From Abditibacterium sp. (lineage in GTDB: Bacteria > Armatimonadota > Abditibacteriia > Abditibacteriales > Abditibacteriaceae): a stretch of DNA of 64,000 nt. Location of the stretch: NCBI GenBank assembly GCA_965246885.1, contig OZ251992.1:544001-608000 (forward strand). The letters are read 5' to 3'. The first letter of the stretch is position 1, and every line of letters starts with the position of its first letter. Positions 55,178 to 62,174 of the stretch are shown one piece after another. The notes beneath the pieces were generated by a model that saw only the letters and a list, made by a program, of their open reading frames with translations, searched no databases and was not told where the DNA came from. The position numbers were made by a program, and so were the translations under genes.

Positions 55178-57043
55178 ATGAACTCTTCGACACCCCGTCC
55201 CGAATACCCGCGCCCCCAATTTGTGCGCGACCGTTGGCTCTGCTTGAATGGCGAGTGGGACTTTGAAATAGATGGCGGCGACTCCGGCTTCGCGCGCGGT
55301 TTCGTCAAGCCCGGCCACGCCCTGAGTGGGCGCATCACCGTGCCCTTTTGCCCGGAATCGGTTTTGTCCGGCGTAGGACACACCGACTTTATGAACGCCG
55401 TTTGGTATAAACGGCGCGTCCACATCCCCGCCGAGTGGAAAGGGCAAAAGCTGCTGCTTCATTTTGGCGCCGTTGATTACGACGCGACCGTGTGGGTGAA
55501 CGGCGTCGAAGTCGGTCGCCATCGTGGTGGCTTCACGCCCTTCGAGTGCCCCTTGCAGGAGTTGGCGAGCGGCGGCGACGAGATCGAGATTTGCGTGCGC
55601 GCCCGCGACGACAACGCCACTCCCAAGCCGCGCGGCAAGCAGTCGCAACTCTTGCACAATCACGGCTGCTTTTACACCCGCACGACTGGCATCTGGCAAA
55701 CCGTGTGGATTGAGCCGGTCGGCGACACCCACCTCCTGCGCCCGCGCATCACGCCCGAAGTCGGGCCGGGGCGCTTCCGCTTGGAACAGCGCATTGCCAA
55801 CAACCACCCCGGCCTCATCCTGCGCGCCACCCTCTTGGATAAAGAGGGCGCCATCACGACAGTGCAAACCGCGACCGGCTACGACCTCACGCCCCGCCTC
55901 GATCTCGACATCCCGCGCGACCGTCGCCACCTCTGGGAAGTGGGCGACGGCTTTCTCTACGACATCGCCATCGAACTGGTGGACGAAGCGGGCACCGTTG
56001 TTGACTCCTGCCAAACCTACGCGGGCCTGCGCTCCATCCAAATCGAGGGCAAGGCCATCAAGCTCAACGGGCGCAGTGTCTTTCAGCGCCTCGTCCTCGA
56101 CCAAGGCTATTACGCGGACGGCATCATGACGGCCCCGACCGACGCCGACTTGGTGCGCGACATCGAACTGGGCATCAAAGCGGGCTTTAACGGCGCGCGC
56201 TTGCACCAGAAGGTCTTTGAGGAGCGCTTCTTGTATCACGCCGACCGCATGGGATATCTGTGCTGGGGCGAGTTCGCTGACTGGGGCTGCCGCTACACCA
56301 CCATTGACAATACCGCGCAGTTTCACGGCATCACTTTCGCGGCGCAGTGGGCCGAAGCGTTGGAGCGCGACTACTCGCATCCGTGCATCATCGGTTGGTG
56401 CCCGCTCAACGAGACCTATCAAGAAATCCGCGACGAGATCACCGAACTCGACGACGCCGCGCACGCCATGTATTGGATGACCAAACTGCTCGATACCACG
56501 CGCCCCGTCATAGACGCTTCCGGTTACAGCCACCGCGTCTCCCAAACCGACGTTTACGACTCGCACGACTACGAGCAAAACCCCAAGAAATTCAAGAAGA
56601 ACCAAGCCGGTTTAGCCAAGAACAAGCCGTTCCTCAATACCGGTGGCAAAGACCGGCCCTTCTCCATCGCGTATCGGGGTCAGCCCTACTTTGTTTCGGA
56701 GTTCGGCGGCATCCACTGGAACCCCGCAGCCAGAAAAATCGAGAAATCCGTGTGGGAAGGCGATTGGGGTGACACAAGCGAAGAAGGCTCCGCCATCAAC
56801 ACATCATGGGGCTACGGCTCCAGCCCCAAGTCGCTCGAAGAGTTCTACGCCCGCTTCGATGGTTTATGCGGCGTTCTGCTTGAAAACCCCGACATGTTCG
56901 GCTACTGCTACACCCAACTCACCGACGTCTTCCAAGAGGAGAACGGCATCTACAACTTCGACCGGAGCGAGAAGTTCGACATGGAGAAGATAGCCGCCGC
57001 CCAAACCAAACGGGCGGCCATCGAAAAGAAGGACAAACAGTAA
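55178..57043 (+). CDS. Glycoside hydrolase family 2
   Basis: PRPEYPRPQ, LNGEW.F, LHFGAVDY, GIWQTVW, LVLDQGY, RLHQK, WCPLNE, SEFGG, YTQLTDV.QE.NG. Confidence 0.92.
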   Translation: MNSSTPRPEYPRPQFVRDRWLCLNGEWDFEIDGGDSGFARGFVKPGHALSGRITVPFCPESVLSGVGHTDFMNAVWYKRRVHIPAEWKGQKLLLHFGAVDYDATVWVNGVEVGRHRGGFTPFECPLQELASGGDEIEICVRARDDNATPKPRGKQSQLLHNHGCFYTRTTGIWQTVWIEPVGDTHLLRPRITPEVGPGRFRLEQRIANNHPGLILRATLLDKEGAITTVQTATGYDLTPRLDLDIPRDRRHLWEVGDGFLYDIAIELVDEAGTVVDSCQTYAGLRSIQIEGKAIKLNGRSVFQRLVLDQGYYADGIMTAPTDADLVRDIELGIKAGFNGARLHQKVFEERFLYHADRMGYLCWGEFADWGCRYTTIDNTAQFHGITFAAQWAEALERDYSHPCIIGWCPLNETYQEIRDEITELDDAAHAMYWMTKLLDTTRPVIDASGYSHRVSQTDVYDSHDYEQNPKKFKKNQAGLAKNKPFLNTGGKDRPFSIAYRGQPYFVSEFGGIHWNPAARKIEKSVWEGDWGDTSEEGSAINTSWGYGSSPKSLEEFYARFDGLCGVLLENPDMFGYCYTQLTDVFQEENGIYNFDRSEKFDMEKIAAAQTKRAAIEKKDKQ

Positions 57044-57106
57044 ATGGGAAAAAGGGTTGTTGAGGGCCTAAACAACGTTTGAAATGGGGCGAGGAAGTCC
57101 CCGTTG

Positions 57107-57203
57107 TCGTCATGCTGAGCCTGCGAAGGATCTATAGTTACTGCGTAGAGGGCGTAACTGTAGAAGGCGTTGCTATAGATTCTTCGCAGGCTCAGCATGA
57201 CGA
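57107..57203. repeat. 31-bp inverted repeat element (GTCATGCTGAG..GATCT / AGATTC..CTCAGCATGAC)
   Basis: Arms 57107-57137 and 57173-57203, one mismatch. Confidence 0.88.
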
Positions 57204-57306
57204 GGGGCGCGGCTTTTGCGACCTGATAGGGACATCAGTTGCATCGCTCACTCAGGACGAAACTGCCGCTTTTTCCGCCCGTCCACTGCTTTGCAAGGCA
57301 CTTCCC

Positions 57307-58248
57307 ATGCTCTCCTTTGAACCGCGCGAAGTGCGTTGGGAACGGATGTTCCCCGATGAACTCGAAGCGGCGTTCGCCGCCTGCCCGACGCTGTACCTGC
57401 CGCAAGGGATGTGCGAGCCGCACGGCCCCGCGTGCGCGCTGGGGCTGGACGGTCTCAAAGCGGGCGCGCTGTGCGAGATGGCGGCGCGGGTAAGCGGGGG
57501 CATCGTGGCGCCGACCGATTACTGGCACATTCACGAACTGGGCGGCTACGCGGCGTGGTCAGAGCGCAACGTCGGCGAAGTCGCGCGCACATGGCTGACC
57601 GCGCTTCCGCCTTGGCAGCACTTCAAGAACCTGTGCTATCATCTGCGCGCCGCCGACGCGCTGGGCTTCGAGGCCGTCGTTGTGCTGACGGGACACTATG
57701 GCCCGAACTGGCGCGACCTTCAAACGCTGCTCAGTTGGATACAGCCGCGCATCGGCGCGCGCTTGCTCGGCCTGCCCGACTTCGAGGCGAACGCGCCCGG
57801 CCTCAATGGTCACACCGGCGACCACGCCGGAGCGGTCGAGACCAGTTTGCTGTGGGCGCTCGCGCCGGACTGCGTGGACACCTCGCGCTTTCCCGCGCCG
57901 GACGACGCACGCGGCGCTCCGCACTTCGCGCTTGGCCCGACGGCGCGGATGGCCAATCGCGTCGAAGGGCAGCGCATGGCGCGCGACATCGCGCGTTATT
58001 TGGGCGAGCGCGCCGCGCAGTTGCGCGTCGAGTTCAGCCAGTCGAAAGGGGCGGCACGCCTGCGGACTTTCGCGCAAGTCGAGGCGCTGTGGCTCGAACT
58101 GGTCGCGCCGCGTTTGGGCGAACTGGAAACCATGCGCGAGTGGAGCGACCTCCCCGGCGCTTCGCCGGAGCCGTCCGCTAATTCTCGTTGGCACGCGAAC
58201 TGGGCAATTCCCGAAATTATCGCGTCACCCACGTCTGTCAGTGAGTGA
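57307..58248 (+). CDS. Creatininase-family amidohydrolase
   Basis: E.HG..LG.D, GH.G.N, DHAG..ETS motifs. Confidence 0.82.
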   Translation: MLSFEPREVRWERMFPDELEAAFAACPTLYLPQGMCEPHGPACALGLDGLKAGALCEMAARVSGGIVAPTDYWHIHELGGYAAWSERNVGEVARTWLTALPPWQHFKNLCYHLRAADALGFEAVVVLTGHYGPNWRDLQTLLSWIQPRIGARLLGLPDFEANAPGLNGHTGDHAGAVETSLLWALAPDCVDTSRFPAPDDARGAPHFALGPTARMANRVEGQRMARDIARYLGERAAQLRVEFSQSKGAARLRTFAQVEALWLELVAPRLGELETMREWSDLPGASPEPSANSRWHANWAIPEIIASPTSVSE

Positions 58249-58485
58249 CCCGTGTCTGTGGGCGATTCCCGGACGTCTGTCAGTGATTCCCACGCGTCCG
58301 GGAATCGCCCACCCACGCGCGGGACGCACTGACACACGCGCGGGACGCACTGACACACGCGCGGGACGCACTGACACACGCGCGGGACGCACTGACACAC
58401 GCGCGGGACGCACTGACACACGCGCGGGACGCACTGACACACGCGCGGGACGCACTGACACACGCGTGGGAATCACCGACAGACA
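58228..58485. repeat. 21-bp tandem array: 7 perfect units plus degenerate and inverted units
   Basis: CACGCGCGGGACGCACTGACA x7 at 58314-58460; about 3 inverted degenerate units at 58236-58298. Confidence 0.95.
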
Positions 58486-58524
58486 CCGTTCGGGCGCTGG
58501 TGCGCTAAACCTTGGGGAGGTAAT

Positions 58525-60990
58525 ATGTCATCCACCCGCCCTGCGCCCGCGCGCGCCGTTCGCAATGTGTCCGATTTGGACGCGCCGCAGTGGTTCCAAA
58601 ACCGCGAACTGTCGTGGCTCGAATTTAATGGGCGCGTGTTGGAAGAAGCGCAGGACGAGGGCAACCCACCCTTGGAGCGCCTCAAGTTTCTGGCGATTGT
58701 GGCCAGCAACTTGGATGAGTTCTTCGAGATTCGCGTGGCGGGCTTGCAACGTCAGGCCGAAACGCGCCCCGACGAAGCGGAGATAGACGGCTTGGGCGCC
58801 AGTGACTCGCTCGACGCCATCGCGCTACGCGCGAAAAAGCTGGTGGCCGACCAATACGCGTGCTACCGCAATGGTGTGGTGCCTTCGCTCAGCGCGGCGG
58901 GGATTGACCTCTTCACGGTGGACGAATTGGACGAGCGGGGCCGCGCATGGGCCGCGTCTTACTTTGCGCGGGAAGTTTTTCCCGTCTTGACGCCCCTCGC
59001 CATAGACCCCGCGCACCCCTTTCCGCAGTTGGCGAACAAGTCGCTCAATCTGGTGGTGGAGCTTCGCGTGACGGACACCGAAGGCGAAATAGACGGCATG
59101 TTGCACGACCATCAGCACGTCGAGTTCCGGCTGGGGGTGGTGCAAGTGCCGCGTATTTTGCCGCGCCTGTTGGAAGTGCCCGCCGAGTTCGCGCCCAAGG
59201 GACGCAAGATATACCTGTTTCTGTCCAGCCTCATTTCGGCGTTCATCGGCGGGCTGTTTCCGGGGCTGGAAGTGCGCGGTTGCTACGCTTTTCGCCTCAC
59301 GCGCAACTCCGAACTGTTTCTGGACGAGGACGAAGCGGACAATCTATTGGAAGCGATGCAAGAGCAACTCGCCAGCCGACGCAAGGGCGATGCGGTGCGC
59401 CTCGAAGTGCAGCGCGGCGCCGACCCGCATATCATCTCGCTCCTGCTCGAAACCTTTGAACTGGACGCGGTGGACTTGTATGAAGTGGATGGCCCCATCA
59501 ACCTGACGCGCTTGATGGCCATTTATTCCGCCGAGAACCGCGCCGACCTCAAGGACGCGCCGCTTCGCTCGCAGACGCCGCCGGGTCTTAAGGGTGTGGA
59601 CGGCGCCGACGAGTTTTTCGCGGCGGTCAAAGCGGGCGACATCCTGCTCCATCACCCCTACAACAGCTTCCGGCCCGTCGTGAAGTTCGTCCAACTCGCA
59701 TCGGAAGACCCGCAAGTGCTGGCCATAAAAATCACCCTCTATCGGACAAGCAAGGACTCGCCGATTGTGCGCGCTCTCATGCGCGCGGCGCAAAACGGCA
59801 AGCAGGTGACGGCTTTGGTGGAACTCAAAGCGCGCTTTGACGAGGAGAACAACATCGCGTGGGCCAAGGCGATGGAGGACGCGGGCGTGCATGTGGTGTA
59901 TGGTTTAGTGGGCCTCAAGACGCACTCGAAACTGGCGTTCGTGGTGCGCCGCGAGGAAGACGGCATCCGCCGTTACGTGCACCTTGGAACAGGGAACTAC
60001 AACGAGGTGACGGCGCGCATTTACACCGACATCGGTCTGCTCACCGCCAACGCGGAGATAGGCGAGGACGCCGGAAAGATATTCAACTTGCTGACCGGTA
60101 TGAGCCAGTTCCCCGGCCTGACGCACCTGATGATGGCGCCTTTTGGCCTCGAAGAAGCCTTCACCAAGCGCATCGAGCGCCTGACATCGCTCGCCAAAAA
60201 GCAGAAGCGCGCGCACGCCCAAAGTGGCAACGGCTCCGAAGCCGCCAAGCCGCCGCGCATCATTGCAAAGATGAACGCCCTCCTCGATGCCGGGGTCATC
60301 AAGGCGCTTTATAAGGCCAGCCAAGCGGGGGTGCAGGTTGACCTGATCGTGAGGGGAATGTGCGCGCTTCGTCCGGGGGTGCCAGGGTTGTCGGATAACA
60401 TCCGCGTCCGATCGGTGATCGGACGCTTCTTGGAGCACTCGCGTGTCTTTTATTTTGAAGGCGGCGACGAGGCCGAGGTGCTGTGCGGCAGCGCCGATTG
60501 GATGCCGCGCAACTTTTTTCGGCGCGTCGAGGTGGTGTTTCCCATCCTTGACCCCCTCCTGCGGGAGCGCGTGGTGCGCGATGTGCTTCTCCGTGCCCTC
60601 GCGGACAACACCAAAGCACGCGAATTACTGGCCGACGGCACGCACAAGCGCGTCACGCGCGGCGGGGGCGAGGTGCCGCGCGACTTTCAAGCGGAACTGA
60701 TGCAACTCGCCGCGCCCCCCGTTTCCCCGAAAAGTGCGCCCGATGCGCCAGAGCGTCCCACTTCCAAAGCGGCGCCCAAGCCCCTGTCCAAAGCGGCGGC
60801 GCTGCGCGCCTCGCAGGTGGTCGCGCCGGTGGATGGCCTGCCCGGAACCGGCGCCGACCCGGTCTTGCAATCGCTCCAGCACTCCCTCTCCCAACCGCGC
60901 CGCGCCGAGCGCCCCGACGCTGGAATGACCGCACTCAAGACCGACACGCCGCGCGAGGAAACCGACGACGAAGACGACGGGGAGGAGTAG
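58525..60990 (+). CDS. ppk1: Polyphosphate kinase 1
   Basis: NRELSWL.FN.RVL, SNLDEFF..RVAG, HHPY.SF, ELKARFDEENNI, KTHSK, GRFLEHSR, SADWM.RN. Confidence 0.97.
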   Translation: MSSTRPAPARAVRNVSDLDAPQWFQNRELSWLEFNGRVLEEAQDEGNPPLERLKFLAIVASNLDEFFEIRVAGLQRQAETRPDEAEIDGLGASDSLDAIALRAKKLVADQYACYRNGVVPSLSAAGIDLFTVDELDERGRAWAASYFAREVFPVLTPLAIDPAHPFPQLANKSLNLVVELRVTDTEGEIDGMLHDHQHVEFRLGVVQVPRILPRLLEVPAEFAPKGRKIYLFLSSLISAFIGGLFPGLEVRGCYAFRLTRNSELFLDEDEADNLLEAMQEQLASRRKGDAVRLEVQRGADPHIISLLLETFELDAVDLYEVDGPINLTRLMAIYSAENRADLKDAPLRSQTPPGLKGVDGADEFFAAVKAGDILLHHPYNSFRPVVKFVQLASEDPQVLAIKITLYRTSKDSPIVRALMRAAQNGKQVTALVELKARFDEENNIAWAKAMEDAGVHVVYGLVGLKTHSKLAFVVRREEDGIRRYVHLGTGNYNEVTARIYTDIGLLTANAEIGEDAGKIFNLLTGMSQFPGLTHLMMAPFGLEEAFTKRIERLTSLAKKQKRAHAQSGNGSEAAKPPRIIAKMNALLDAGVIKALYKASQAGVQVDLIVRGMCALRPGVPGLSDNIRVRSVIGRFLEHSRVFYFEGGDEAEVLCGSADWMPRNFFRRVEVVFPILDPLLRERVVRDVLLRALADNTKARELLADGTHKRVTRGGGEVPRDFQAELMQLAAPPVSPKSAPDAPERPTSKAAPKPLSKAAALRASQVVAPVDGLPGTGADPVLQSLQHSLSQPRRAERPDAGMTALKTDTPREETDDEDDGEE

Positions 60991-61069
60991 CGCCAACCAC
61001 CAGCGCCGCCTCCCTTTCAGTTGGCGTGGCTTGGGAACCCTTTGCGGGTTAAGAGTAGACACAAAGCAA

Positions 61070-61101
61070 CGCGGCGCGTTTCGCAAGGGAAACGCGCCGC
61101 G
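61070..61101. terminator. Hairpin between convergent ppk1 and DUF1559
   Basis: CGCGGCGCGTTTC-GCAAGG-GAAACGCGCCGCG. Confidence 0.65.
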
Positions 61102-61121
61102 CAGAGGGAACTTTGCGCTGT

Positions 61122-62012
61122 CTATTTGGGGCTAAAGGTGGCAGCGTAGCCGGGAGCGTCCGTCCCGGCGGCGGCAGTTGCGGTTTGGGCCGCCGTCGAG
61201 GACGCGGCGGAGGTGCCCGGCGAAACGGCGCCACCCTTGAGCCACTTGACGTGGCCGTCGCAGAAGAGGAAGTTCGACCCCTCCAAATGGATGCCGTTGG
61301 GAGTAGTCACGTTGGCTCTGGCCGGAGTCGCAGTGGCGGGCACCGTTTGTCCGCTCATCGCCCCGGTGTTATAGTAGCCGCTGGGTTTGGTGCCGTCGCA
61401 CGTGCCCAACATATTGCCAGCCGTGCCATTGCCCGTTAAGGAGGTCGTGTCGGTGCCGCCAAAGGTGAGTTCGGGGACGCCCTGCGTCAGAATGGTACCG
61501 TCCAGCCCGCCCAGCACAGGTTCGGCAGACATATGCGCTTCAAACAACAACACCGTTTTAGCGGTGCTGTTGAACGCCGACAAAGCGCCCTTGACGCCCG
61601 ATCCGGGGGTGCCATCCGATCCGATGCTCATATTAGTGGCGTAGGAAACGGGAACCCGTCCCCCGCGCAGCTTGACCGGCCCATCGCTGGGGCACACGTA
61701 GACTTGCTCGCTCTTCACGTAGGGATAGACCGCAGCGCCCCAACCGTAAGGGAAGTAGTAGCCCAAGTCGGTGCAGTTGCTCACGCCGACGAAGTATTTC
61801 TCGTCGTAGTCCTGCGTGTATTGTGCGAAGCCTAATCCCAACTGCTTGAGGTTAGACTGGCAGGAAGCGCGGCGGGCATTTTCTCTGGCGCGGGCGAAAG
61901 CGGGGAAAAGAATAGCGGCGAGAATAGCGATGATGGCAATAACTACGAGCAATTCTATAAGCGTGAATCCCTTAGCAGCGCCTCCTCCCTTTGTGTGAAC
62001 GATGTGTTTCAT
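61122..62012 (-). CDS. Prepilin-type DUF1559 / H-X9-DG protein
   Basis: [40 protein letters not shown]; paralog of 15249-16157. Confidence 0.93.
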   Translation of the reverse strand: MKHIVHTKGGGAAKGFTLIELLVVIAIIAILAAILFPAFARARENARRASCQSNLKQLGLGFAQYTQDYDEKYFVGVSNCTDLGYYFPYGWGAAVYPYVKSEQVYVCPSDGPVKLRGGRVPVSYATNMSIGSDGTPGSGVKGALSAFNSTAKTVLLFEAHMSAEPVLGGLDGTILTQGVPELTFGGTDTTSLTGNGTAGNMLGTCDGTKPSGYYNTGAMSGQTVPATATPARANVTTPNGIHLEGSNFLFCDGHVKWLKGGAVSPGTSAASSTAAQTATAAAGTDAPGYAATFSPK

Positions 62013-62174
62013 AATGGTTAGTAGGCCGTTGCGGTTCCCGCCTCTTGCCGCACACAGGCGAGCGAGGCGGGTGGCGGCTCAGGCCGATACACCCACAGTA
62101 TGCCCAAACGCGACCCGCTTCTAACACTTGCGCGGGAAGTTTCTTTCGCCCGCTTCTCCAGTCGCAACCGCGCT

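Noticed and set aside
57079..57306. N-terminal extension of the creatininase ORF
   Set aside because: Spans a palindromic repeat; the family-like sequence begins at ATG 57307
58314..58460. Possible CRISPR array
   Set aside because: Units are directly tandem 21-mers with no unique spacers, and there are no cas genes in the window
57996..58486. Cys-rich (VCQCVPR)n and other repeat ORFs
   Set aside because: Translations of the 21-bp array in different frames, antisense to flanking genes; no coding evidence
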